From Eledone cirrhosa (taxonomy: Eukaryota): a stretch of 64,000 bases of DNA. Below, in pieces: positions 37,650-49,600 of this stretch. The translations under genes were made by a program, and so were the position numbers. Position 1 is the first letter of the stretch, and each line of letters opens with the position of its first letter. The notes beneath the pieces were generated by a model. That model was not told the DNA's origin and searched no databases. It saw only the letters and a program-made list of their open reading frames with translations. Where the stretch lies: assembly GCA_964016885.1 (NCBI GenBank), contig OZ024743.1:134974001-135038000 (forward strand), written 5' to 3'.

Positions 37650-40600
37650 TTTGGTGTTTGGTGTTTGGTGCTTGGTGCTTGGTGCTTGGTGCTTGGTGTT
37701 TGGTGTTTGGTGCTTGGTGCTAGGTGTTTGGTGTTTGGTGCTTGGTGCTTGGTGCTTGGTGCTTGGTATCTGGTGCTTGGTGTTTGGTGCTTGGTGTTTG
37801 TACTTGGTGCTAGGTGCTTGGTGTTTGATGCTTGGTGATTGGTGCTTGGTGCTTGGTGCTTGGTGCTTGGTGATTGGTGCTTGGTGTTTGGTGTTTGATG
37901 CTTGGTGATTGGTGTTTGGTGCTTGGTGCTTGGTGTTTGCTGTTTGGCGTTTGCTGTTTGGTGTTTGGTGCTTGGTGTTTGCTGGTTCGTGTTTGGTGTT
38001 TGGTGTTTGCTGTTTGGTGTTTGCTGTTTAGTGTTTGGTGCTTGGTGCTTGGTGCTTGGTGTTTGGTCTCTGGCGATTGGTGCTTGGTGTTTGGTGCCTG
38101 GTGCTTGGTGTTTGGTGTTTGGCATTTGGTGTTTTGTACTTGGTGCTTGGTGCTTGGTTTTTGGTGTTTGTTGATTGGAGCTTGGTGCTTGGTGATTGGT
38201 GTTTGGTGCTTGGTGCTTGGTGTTTGGTGCTTGGTGCTTGGTTCTTGTTGTTTGGTGCTTGGTGCTTGGGGCTTGGTGTTTGGTGCTTCTTGCTTGGTGC
38301 TTGGTGTTTGGTGTTTGGTGCTTGGTGCTTGGTGCTTGGTGCTTGGTGTTTGGTTCTTGGTGCTTGGTGTTTGGTGTTTGGTGCTTGGTGCCTGGTGTTT
38401 TGTGTTTGGTGCTTGGTGTTTGGTGTTTGGTGCTTGGTGCTTGGTTCTTGGTGCTTGGTGCTTGATGTTTTGTGCTTGGTGCTTGGTGCTTGGTGTTTGG
38501 TGTTTGGTGCTTGGTGCTTGGTGCTTGGTGCTTGGTGCTTGCTGTTTGGTGTTTGGTGCTTGGTGCTTGGTGTTTGGTGTTTGGTGTTTGGTGTTTGTTG
38601 TTTGGTGTTTGGTGTTTGCTGTTTGGTGTTTGCTATTTGGTGGTTGGTGTTTCCGGTTTGGTGTTTGCTGTTTGGTGTTTGGTGTGTGGTGTTTGGTGTT
38701 TGATGTGTGGTGCTTGGTGCTTGGTGTTTGGTATTTGGTGCTTGGTGCTTGGTGCTTGGTTCTTGGTGTTTGGTGCTTGGTGCTTGGTGCTTGGTGTTTG
38801 TCACTTGGTGCTAGGTGTTTGGTGCTTGGTGCTTGGTGCTTTGTGTTTGGTGCTTGGTGCTTGATGCTTGATGTTTGGTGCTTGGTGCTTGGTACTTGGT
38901 GTTTTGTGTTTGGTGTTTGGTGCTTGGTGCTTGGTGTTTGGTGCTTGGTGCTTGACGCTTGGTGCTTGGTGTTTGGTGTTTAGTGCTTGGTGCTTGGTAT
39001 TTGGTGTTTGGTGCTTGGTGCTTGGTGTTTGGTGTTTGGTGCTTGGTGCTTGGTGTTTGGTCTTTGGCGCTTGGTGCTTGGTGTTTGGTGCTTGGTGCTT
39101 TGTGCTTGGTGCTTGGTTTTTGGTGTTTGGTGCTTGGTGCTTGGTGTTTGGTGTTTGTTGATTGGTGCTTGGCGTTTGGTGCTTGGGGTTTGGTGCTTGG
39201 TGCTTGATGTTTGGTGTTTGGTGTTTGGTGCTTGGTGCTTGGTGTTTGGTGTTTGGTGCTTGGTGCTTGGTGTTTGGTGTTTAGTGCTTGGTGCTTGGTT
39301 CTTGGTGTTTGGTGCTTGGTGAATGGTGTTTGGTGTTTGGTGCTTGGTGCTTGGTGTTTGGTGCTTGATGTTTCGTGCTTGGTGTTTGGTGATTGGTGCT
39401 TGGTGCTTGGTGCTTGGTGTTTGGTGCTTGGTGCTTGGTGCTTTGTGTTTGGTGTTTAGTGCTTGGTGCTTGGTGTTTGGTGTTTGGTGCTTGGTGCTTG
39501 GTGCTTGGTGATTGGTGCTTGGTGTTTGGTGTTTGGTGCTTGGTGATTGGTGTTTGGTGCTCGGTGCTTGGTGTTTAGTGTTTGGTGTTTGCTGTTTGGT
39601 GTTTGGTGTTTGCTGTTTGGTGTTTGGTGTTTGCTGTTTGGTGTTTGGTGTTTGCTGTTTGGTGTTTGCTGTTTGTGTTTGCTGTTTGGTGCTTGGTGGT
39701 TGGTGCTTGGTGTTTGTTCCTTGGTGCTTGGTGCTTGGTGCCTGGTCTTTGGTGTTTGGTGTTTGGTGCTTGGTGCTTGGTGCTTGGTGTTTGGTTCTTG
39801 GTGCTTGGTGTTTGGTGCTTGGTGCTTGGTGTTTGGTGTTTGGCATTTGGTGTTTGGTGCTTGGTGCTTTGTGCTTGGTGCTTGGTTTCTGGTGCTTGGT
39901 GCTTGGTATTTGGTGTTTGTTGATTGGTGCTTGGTGTCTGGTGCTTGGGGTTTGGTGCTTGGTGCTTGGTGTTTGGTGTTTGGTGTTTGGTGCGTGGTGC
40001 TTGGTGTTTGGTGCTTAGTGCTTGGTGCTTGGTGTCTGGTGCTTGGTGCTTTGTGCTTGGTGCTTGGTGCTTGGTGCTTGGCGTTTGGTGTTTGTCGTTT
40101 GATGTTTGGCATTTTCTGTCTGGTGTTTGGTGTTTGCTGTTTGCTGTTTGCTGTTTGGTGTTTGGTGCTTGGTGCTTGCTGTTTGGTGTTTGGTGCTTGG
40201 TGCTTGCTGTTTGGTGTTTGGTGTTTGGTGTTTGCTGTTTGGTGTTTGGTGTTTGCTGTTTGGTGTTTGCTATTTGGTGTTTGGTGTTTGCTGTTTGGTG
40301 TTTGCTGTTTGGTTTTTGGTGTGTGGTGTTTGGTGTTTGATGTGTGGTGCTTGGTGCTTGGTGTTTGGTATTTGTTGCTTGGTGATTGGTGCTTTGTGTT
40401 TGTTGCTTGGTGCTTGGTACTTGGTGTTTGGTGCTTGGTGTTTGGGCCTGGTGTTTGGTGTTTAGTGCTTGGTGTTTGATGTGTGGTACTTGGTGCTTGC
40501 TGTTTGGTGTTTGGTGCTTGGTGCTTGGTGCTTGGCTTTTGGTGCTTTGTGCTTGGTGCTTGGTGTTTGGTGCTTGGTGGTAGGCGTTTGGTGTTTGGTA

Positions 40601-43600
40601 CTTGGTGCTTGGTGTTAGCTACTTGGTGCTTGGTGCTTGTTGTTTGGTGCTTGGTGCTTGGTGCTTGGTGTTTGGTGCTTGGTGCTTGGTGTTTGGTGTT
40701 TGGTGTTTGGTGCTTGGTACTTGGTGTTTTGTGTTTGGTGTTTGGTGCTTGGTGCTTGGTGTTTGGTGTTTGGTGCTTGGTGCTTTGTGCTTGGTGCTTG
40801 GTTTTTGGTGTTTGGTGCTTGGTTCCTGGTATTTGGTGTTTGTTGATTGGTGCTTGGTGTTTGGTGATTGGTGCTTGGTGCTTGGTGTTTGGTGCTTGGT
40901 GCTTTGTGCTTGGTGCTTGGTGCTTGGTGCTTGGTGCTCGGTGCTTGGTGATTGGTGCTTTGTGTTTGTTGCTTGGTGCTTGGTGCTTGGTGATTGGTGC
41001 TTGGTGTTTGGGCCTGGTGTTTGGTGCTCGGTGTTTGATGTGTGGTACTTGGTGCTTGCTGTTTGGTGTTTGGTGCTTGGTGCTTGGTGCTTGGCTTTTG
41101 GTGCTTTATGCGTGGTGCTTGGTGTTTGGTGCTTAGTGCTAGACGTTTGGTGTTTGGTGCTTGGTGCTTGGTGTTAGGTACTTGGTACTTGGTGCTTGTT
41201 GTTTGGTGCTTGGTGCTTGGTGCTTGGTGTTTGGTGCTTGGTGCTTGGTGTTTGGTGTTTGGTGTTTGGTGCTTGGTACTTGGTGTTTTGTGTTTGGTGT
41301 TTGGTGCTTGGTGCTTGGTGTTTGGTGCTTGGTGCTTGGTGCTTGGTGCTTGGTGTTTGGTGCTAGGTGCTTGGTATTTGGTGATTGGTGCTTGGTGCTT
41401 GGTGTTTGGTGCTCGGAGCTTGGTGCTTGGTGTTTGGTGCTTGGTGCTTGGTGTTTGGTCTTTGGCGCTTGGTGCTTGGCGTTTGGTGCTTGGTGCTTGG
41501 TGTTTGGTGTTTGGCATTTGGTGTTTGGTGCTTGGTGCTTTGTGCTTGGTGCTTGGTTTTTGGTGTTTGGTGCTTGGTGCTTGGTATTTGGTGTTTGTTG
41601 ATTGGTGCTTGGTGTCTGGTGCTTGGGGTTTGGTGCTTGGTGCTTGGTGTGTGGTGTTTGGTGTTTGGTGCTTGGTGCTTGGTGTTTGGTGTTTGGTGCT
41701 TGGAGCTTGGTGTTTGGTGTTTAGTGCTTGGTGCTTGGTTCTTGGTGTTTGGTGCTTGGTGCTTGGTGCTTGGTCTTTGGCGCTTGGTGCTTGGTGTTTG
41801 GTGTTTGGTGCTAGGTGCTTGGTATTTGGTGCTTGGTGCTTGGTGCTTGGTGTTTGGTGCTCGGAGCTTGGTGCTTGGTGTTTGGTGCTTGGTGCTTGGT
41901 GCTTGGTCTTTGGCGCTTGGTGCTTGGTGATTGGTGCTTGGTGCTTGGTGTTTGGTGTTTGGCATTTGGTGTTTGGTGCTTGGTGCTTTGTGCTTGGTGC
42001 TTGGTTTTTGGTGCTTGGTGCTTGGTATTTGGTGTTTGTTGATTGGTGCTTGGTGTCTGGTGCTTGGGGTTTGGTGCTTGGAGCTTGGTGTTTGGTGTTT
42101 GGTGTTTGGTGCGTGGTGCTTGGTGTTTGGTGCTTGGTGCTTGGTGCTTGGTGTTTGGTGCTTGGTGCTTTGTGCTTGGTGCTTGGTGCTTGGTGCTTGG
42201 CGTTTGGTGTTTGTCGTTTGATGTTTGGCATTTTCTGTTTGGTATTTGGTGTTGGTGTTTGCTGTTTGGTGTTTGCTGTTTGGTGTTTGGTGTTTGCTGT
42301 TTGGTGTTTGCTGTTTGGTGTTTTGTATTTGATGTTTGGTGTTTGGTGTTTGCTGTTTGGTGTTTGGTGTTTGGTGTTTGGTGCTTGGTGCTTGGTGCTT
42401 GGTGTTTGGTGCTTGTGCTTCGTACTTGTTGTTTGGTGTTTGGTGCTTGGTGCTTGGTGTTTGGTGTTTGGTGCTTGGTGCTTGGTGTTTGGTGATTGGT
42501 GCTTTGTGCTTGGTGTTTGGTGCTTGGTGCTTGGTGTTTGGTGTTTGGCGCTTGGTGCTTGGTGTTTGGTGCTTGGTTTTTGGTGTTTGGTGCTTGGTGT
42601 TTGGTGTTTGGTGTTTGGTGTTTGGTGCTTGGTGATTGGTGTTTGGTGCTCGCTGTTTGGTGTTTGGTGTTTGGTGCTTGGTGCTTGGTGTTTGGTGTTT
42701 GGTGCTTGGTGCTTGGTGATTGGTGCTTGTTGCTTGGTGCTTGGTGTTTGGTGCTTGGTGTTTGGTGTTTGGTGTTTGGTGTTTGCTGTTTGCTGTTTGG
42801 TGTTTGCTGTTTGGTGTTTGCTGTTTGGTGTTTGGTGTTTGCTGTTTGGTGTTTGGTGTTTGCTGTTTGGTGTTTGGTGTTTGCTGTTTGGTGTTTGCTG
42901 TTTGTGTTTGCTGTTTGGTGCTTGGTGCTTGGTGCTTGGTGTTTGTTCCTTGGTGCTTGGTGCTTGGTGATTGGTGCTTGGTGCCTGGTCTTTGGTGTTT
43001 GGTGTTTGGTGCTTGGTGCTTGGTGTTTGATGTGTGGTGCTTGATGCTTGGTGTTAGGTATTTGGTGCTTGGTGCTTGGTGCTTGGTGCTTGGTGCTTGG
43101 TGTTTGGTGCTTGGTGCTTGGTGTTTGGTTCTTGGTGCTAGGTATTTGGTGTTTGGTGCGTGGTGCTTGGTGTTTGGTGCTTGGTGCTTGGTGCTTGGCG
43201 TTTGGTGTTTGTCGTTTGATGTTTGGCATTTTCTGTTTGGTGTTTGGTGTTTGGTGTTTGCTGTTTGGTGTTTGCTGTTTTTGTGTTTGGTGTTTGCTGT
43301 TTGGTGTTTGCTGTTTGGTGTTTTGTATTTCATGTTTGGTGTTTGGTGTTTGCTGTTTGGTGTTTGGTGTTTGGTGTTTGGTGTTTGGTGTTTGGTGTTT
43401 GGTGTTTGGTGCTTGGTGCTTGGTGCTTGGTGCTTGGTGTTTGGTGCTTGGTGCTTGGTACTTGGTGTTTGGTGTCTGGTGCTTGGTGCTTGGTGTTTGG
43501 TGTTTGGTGCTTGGTGCCTGGTGTTTGGTGATTGGTGCTTGGTGCTTGGTGTTTGGTGCTTGGTGCTTGGTGTTTGGTGTTTGGCGCTTGGTGCTTGGTG

Positions 43601-46600
43601 TTTGGTTCTTGGTGTTTGGTGCTTGGTGCTTGGTGTTTGGTGTTTGGTGCTTGGTGTTTGGTGTTTGGTGCTTGGGGCTTGGTGCTTGGTGTTTGGTGCT
43701 TGGTGCTTGGTGTTTGCTGTTTGGTGCTTGATGCTTGGTGTTTGGTGTTTGGTGCTTGGTGTTTGGTGCTTGGTGCTTGGTGTTTGGTGTTTGCTGTTTG
43801 CTATTTGTTGTTTGGTGTTTGCTGTTTGGTGTTTGGTGTTTGGTGTTTGCTGTTTGGTGATTGGTGTTTGCTATTTGGTGTTTTGTGTTTGCTGTTTGGT
43901 GTTTGGTGTTTGGTGTTTGGTGCTTGGTGCTTGGTGCTTGGTGCTTGGTGTTTGGTGTTTGGTGCTTGGTGCTTGGTGCTTGGTGCTTGGTATCTGGTGC
44001 TTGGTGTTTGGTGCTTGGTGTTTGTACTTGGTGCTAGGTGCTTGGTGTTTGATGCTTGGTGCTTGGTGCTTGGTGCTTGGTGCTTGGTGATTGGTGCTTG
44101 GTGTATGGTGTTTGATGCTTGGTGATTGGTGTTTGGTGCTTGGTGCTTGGTGTTTGCGGTTTGGCGTTTGGTGTTCGGCGTTTGATGTTTGGCGTTTGCT
44201 GTTTGGTGTTTGCTGTTTGATGTTTGCTGGTTTGTGTTTGGTGTTTGGTGTTTGCTGTTTGGTGTTTGCTGTTTAGTGTTTGGTGCTTGGTGCTTGGTGC
44301 TTGGTGTTTGGTCTTTGGCGCTTGGTGCTTGGTGTTTGGTGCCTGGTGCGTGGTGTTTGGTGTTTGGCATTTGGTGTTTGGTACTTGGTGCTTGGTGCTT
44401 GGTTTTTGGTGTTTGGTGATTGGTGCTTGGTGCTTGGTGCTTGGTGTTTGCTGCTTGGTGATTGGTGTTTGGTGCTTGGTGCTTGGTTCTTGTTGTTTGG
44501 TGCTTGGAGCTTGGGGCTTGGTGTTTGGTGCTTCTTGCTTGGTGCTTGGTGTTTGGTGCTTTGTGCTTGGTGCTTGGTGCTTGGTGTTTGGTGTTTGGTG
44601 CTTGGTGCTAGGTGTTTGGTGTTTGGTGCTTGGTGCTTGGTGCTTGGTGCTTGGTATCTGGTGCTTGGTGTTTGGTGCTTGGTGTTTGTACTTGGTGCTA
44701 GGTGCTTGGTGTTTGATGCTTGGTGATTGGTGCTTGGTGCTTGGTGCTTGGTGCTTGGTGATTGGTGCTTGGTGTTTGGTGTTTGATGCTTGGTGATTGG
44801 TGTTTGGTGCTTGGTGCTTGGTGTTTGCTGTTTGGCGTTTGCTGTTTGGTGTTTGGTGCTTGGTGTTTGCTGTTTGGTGTTTGCTGTTTAGTGTTTGGTG
44901 CTTGGTGCTTGGTGCTTGGTGTTTGGTCTTTGGCGATTGGTGCTTGGTGTTTGGTGCCTGGTGCTTGGTGTTTGGTGTTTGGCATTTGGTGTTTTGTACT
45001 TGGTGCTTGGTGCTTGGTTTTTGGTGTTTGGTGATTGGTGCTTGGTGCTTGGTGATTGGTGTTTGGTGCTTGGTGCTTGGTGTTTGGTGCTTGGTGCTTG
45101 GTTCTTGTTGTTTGGTGCTTGGTGCTTGGGGCTTGGTGTTTGGTGCTTCTTGCTTGGTGCTTGGTGTTTGGTGTTTGGTGCTTGGTGCTTGGTGCTTGGT
45201 GCTTGGTGTTTGGTTCTTGGTGCTTGGTGTTTGGTGTTTGGTGCTTGGTGCCTGGTGTTTTGTGTTTGGTGCTTGGTGTTTGGTGTTTGGTGCTTGGTGC
45301 TTGGTTCTTGGTGCTTGGTGCTTGATGTTTTGTGCTTGGTGCTTGGTGCTTGGTGTTTGGTGTTTGGTGCTTGGTGCTTGGTGCTTGGTGCTTGGTGCTT
45401 GCTGTTTGGTGTTTGGTGCTTGGTGCTTGGTGTTTGGTGTTTGGTGTTTGGTGTTTGTTGTTTGGTGTTTGGTGTTTGCTGTTTGGTGTTTGCTATTTGG
45501 TGGTTGGTGTTTCCGGTTTGGTGTTTGCTGTTTGGTGTTTGGTGTGTGGTGTTTGGTGTTTGATGTGTGGTGCTTGGTGCTTGGTGTTTGGTATTTGGTG
45601 CTTGGTGCTTGGTGCTTGGTTCTTGGTGTTTGGTGCTTGGTGCTTGGTGCTTGGTGTTTGTCACTTGGTGCTAGGTGTTTGGTGCTTGGTGCTTGGTGCT
45701 TTGTGTTTGGTGCTTGGTGCTTGATGCTTGATGTTTGGTGCTTGGTGCTTGGTACTTGGTGTTTTGTGTTTGGTGTTTGGTGCTTGGTGCTTGGTGTTTG
45801 GTGCTTGGTGCTTGACGCTTGGTGCTTGGTGTTTGGTGTTTAGTGCTTGGTGCTTGGTATTTGGTGTTTGGTGCTTGGTGCTTGGTGTTTGGTGTTTGGT
45901 GCTTGGTGCTTGGTGTTTGGTCTTTGGCGCTTGGTGCTTGGTGTTTGGTGCTTGGTGCTTTGTGCTTGGTGCTTGGTTTTTGGTGTTTGGTGCTTGGTGC
46001 TTGGTGTTTGGTGTTTGTTGATTGGTGCTTGGCGTTTGGTGCTTGGGGTTTGGTGCTTGGTGCTTGATGTTTGGTGTTTGGTGTTTGGTGCTTGGTGCTT
46101 GGTGTTTGGTGTTTGGTGCTTGGTGCTTGGTGTTTGGTGTTTAGTGCTTGGTGCTTGGTTCTTGGTGTTTGGTGCTTGGTGAATGGTGTTTGGTGTTTGG
46201 TGCTTGGTGCTTGGTGTTTGGTGCTTGATGTTTCGTGCTTGGTGTTTGGTGATTGGTGCTTGGTGCTTGGTGCTTGGTGTTTGGTGGTTGGTGCTTGGTG
46301 CTTTGTGTTTGGTGTTTAGTGCTTGGTGCTTGGTGTTTGGTGTTTGGTGCTTGGTGCTTGGTGCTTGGTGATTGGTGCTTGGTGTTTGGTGTTTGGTGCT
46401 TGGTGATTGGTGTTTGGTGCTCGGTGCTTGGTGTTTGGTGTTCGGTGTTTGCTGTTTGGTGTTTGGTGTTTGCTGTTTGGTGTTTGGTGTTTGCTGTTTG
46501 GTGTTTGGTGTTTGCTGTTTGGTGTTTGCTGTTTGTGTTTGCTGTTTGGTGCTTGGTGGTTGGTGCTTGGTGTTTGTTCCTTGGTGCTTGGTGCTTGGTG

Positions 46601-49600
46601 CCTGGTCTTTGGTGTTTGGTGTTTGGTGCTTGGTGCTTGGTGCTTGGTGTTTGGTTCTTGGTGCTTGGTGTTTGGTGCTTGGTGCTTGGTGTTTGGCATT
46701 TGGTGTTTGGTGCTTGGTGCTTTGTGCTTGGTGCTTGGTTTCTGGTGCTTGGTGCTTGGTATTTGGTGTTTGTTGATTGGTGCTTGGTGTCTGGTGCTTG
46801 GGGTTTGGTGCTTGGTGCTTGGTGTTTGGTGTTTGGTGTTTGGTGCGTGGTGCTTGGTGTTTGGTGCTTAGTGCTTGGTGCTTGGTGTCTGGTGCTTGGT
46901 GCTTTGTGCTTGGTGCTTGGTGCTTGGTGCTTGGCGTTTGGTGTTTGTCGTTTGATGTTTGGCATTTTCTGTCTGGTGTTTGGTGTTTGCTGTTTGCTGT
47001 TTGCTGTTTGGTGTTTGGTGCTTGGTGCTTGCTGTTTGGTGTTTGGTGCTTGGTGCTTGCTGTTTGGTGTTTGGTGTTTGGTGTTTGCTGTTTGGTGTTT
47101 GGTGTTTGCTGTTTGGTGTTTGCTATTTGGTGTTTGGTGTTTGCTGTTTGGTGTTTGCTGTTTGGTTTTTGGTGTGTGGTGTTTGGTGTTTGATGTGTGG
47201 TGCTTGGTGCTTGGTGTTTGGTATTTGGTGCTTGGTGATTGGTGCTTTGTGTTTGTTGCTTGGTGCTTGGTACTTGGTGTTTGGTGCTTGGTGTTTGGGC
47301 CTGGTGTTTGGTGTTTAGTGCTTGGTGTTTGATGTGTGGTACTTGGTGCTTGCTGTTTGGTGTTTGGTGCTTGGTGCTTGGTGCTTGGCTTTTGGTGCTT
47401 TGTGCTTGGTGCTTGGTGTTTGGTGCTTGGTGCTAGGCGTTTGGTGTTTGGTACTTGGTGCTTGGTGTTAGCTACTTGGTGCTTGGTGCTTGTTGTTTGG
47501 TGCTTGGTGCTTGGTGCTTGGTGTTTGGTGCTTGGTGCTTGGTGTTTGGTGTTTGGTGTTTGGTGCTTGGTACTTGGTGTTTTGTGTTTGGTGTTTGGTG
47601 CTTGGTGCTTGGTGTTTGGTGCTTGGTGCTTGGTGCTTGGTGCTTGGTGCTTGGTGTTTGGTGTTTAGTGCTTGGTGCTTGGTATTTGGTGTTTGGTGCT
47701 TGGTGCTTGGTGTTTGGTGTTTGGTGCTTGGTGCTTGGTGTTTGGTGTTTGGTGCTAGGTGCTTGGTATTTGGTGATTGGTGCTTGGTGCTTGGTGTTTG
47801 TTGCTCGGGGCTTGGTGCTTGGTGTTTGGTGCTTGATGCTTGGTGTTTGGTTTTTGGCGCTTGGTGCTTGGTGTTTGGTGCTTGGTGCTTGGTGTTTGGT
47901 GTTTGGCATTTGGTGTTTGGTGCTTGGTGCTTTGTGCTTGGTGCTTGGTTTTTGGTGTTTGGTGCTTGGTTCCTGGTATTTGGTGTTTGTTGATTGGTGC
48001 TTGGTGTCTGGTGCTTGGGGTTTGGTGCTTGGTGCTTGGTGTTTGGTGTTTTGTGGTGTGTGCGTGGTGCTTGGTGTTTGGTGATTGGTGCTTGGTGCTT
48101 GGTGTTTGGTGCTTGGTGCTTTGTGCTTGGTGCTTGGTGCTTGGTGCTTGGCGTTTGGTGTTTGTCGTTTGATGTTTGGCATTTTCTGTTTGGTGTTTGT
48201 TGTCTGGTGTTTGCTGTTTGGTGTTTGCTGTTTGGTGTTTGGTTTTTGCTGTTTGGTGTTTGCTGTTTGCTGTTTGGTGTTTTGTATTTGGTGTTTGGTG
48301 TTTGGTGTTTGCTGTTTGGTGTTTAGTGTTTGGTGTTTGGTGTTTGGTGCTTGGTGCTTGGTGCTTGGTGTTTGGTGCTTTGTGCTTGGTACTTGGTGTT
48401 TCGTGTTTCGTGCTTGGTGCTTGGTGTTTGGTGTTTGGTGCTTGCTGCTTGGTGCTTGGTGTTTGGTGCTTTGTGCTTGGTACTTGGTGTTTGGTGTTTG
48501 GTGCTTGGTGCTTGGTGTTTGGTGATTGGTGCTTGGTGCTTGGTGTTTGATGTTTGGTGCTTGGTGTTTGGTGCTTGGTGCTTGGTGCTTGGTGCTCGGT
48601 GCTTGGTGATTGGTGCTTTGTGTTTGTTGCTTGGTGCTTGGTGCTTGGTGATTGGTGCTTGGTGTTTGGGCCTGGTGTTTGGTGCTCGGTGTTTTTTGTG
48701 TGGTACTTGGTGCTTGCTGTTTGGTGTTTGGTGCTTGGTGCTTGGTGCTTGGCTTTTGGTGCTTTATGCGTGGTGCTTGGTGTTTGGTGCTTAGTGCTAG
48801 ACGTTTGGTGTTTGGTGCTTGGTGCTTGGTGTTAGGTACTTGGTACTTGGTGCTTGTTGTTTGGTGCTTGGTGCTTGGTGCTTGGTGTTTGGTGCTTGGT
48901 GCTTGGTGTTTGGTGTTTGGTGTTTGGTGCTTGGTACTTGGTGTTTTGTGTTTGGTGTTTGGTGCTTGGTGCTTGGTGTTTGGTGCTTGGTGCTTGGTGC
49001 TTGGTGCTTGGTGTTTGGTGCTAGGTGCTTGGTATTTGGTGATTGGTGCTTGGTGCTTGGTGTTTGGTGCTCGGAGCTTGGTGCTTGGTGTTTGGTGCTT
49101 GGTGCTTGGTGTTTGGTCTCTGGCGCTTGGTGCTTGGCCTTTGGTGCTTGGTGCTTGGTGTTTGGTGTTTGGCATTTGGTGTTTGGTGCTTGGTGCTTTG
49201 TGCTTGGTGCTTGGTTTTTGGTGTTTGGTGCTTGGTGCTTGGTATTTGGTGTTTGTTGATTGGTGCTTGGTGTCTGGTGCTTGGGGTTTGGTGCTTGGTG
49301 CTTGGTGTGTGGTGTTTGGTGTTTGGTGCTTGGTGCTTGGTGTTTGGTGTTTGGTGCTTGGTGCTTGGTGTTTGGTGTTTAGTGCTTGGTGCTTGGTTCT
49401 TGGTGTTTGGTGCTTGGTGCTTGGTGCTTGGTCTTTGGCGCATGGTGCTTGGTGTTTGGTGTTTGGTGCTAGGTGCTTGGTATTTGGTGCTTGGTGCTTG
49501 GTGCTTGGTGTTTGGTGCTCGGAGCTTGGTGCTTGGTGTTTGGTGCTTGGTGCTTGGTGCTTGGTCTTTGGCGCTTGGTGCTTGGTGATTGGTGCTTGGT

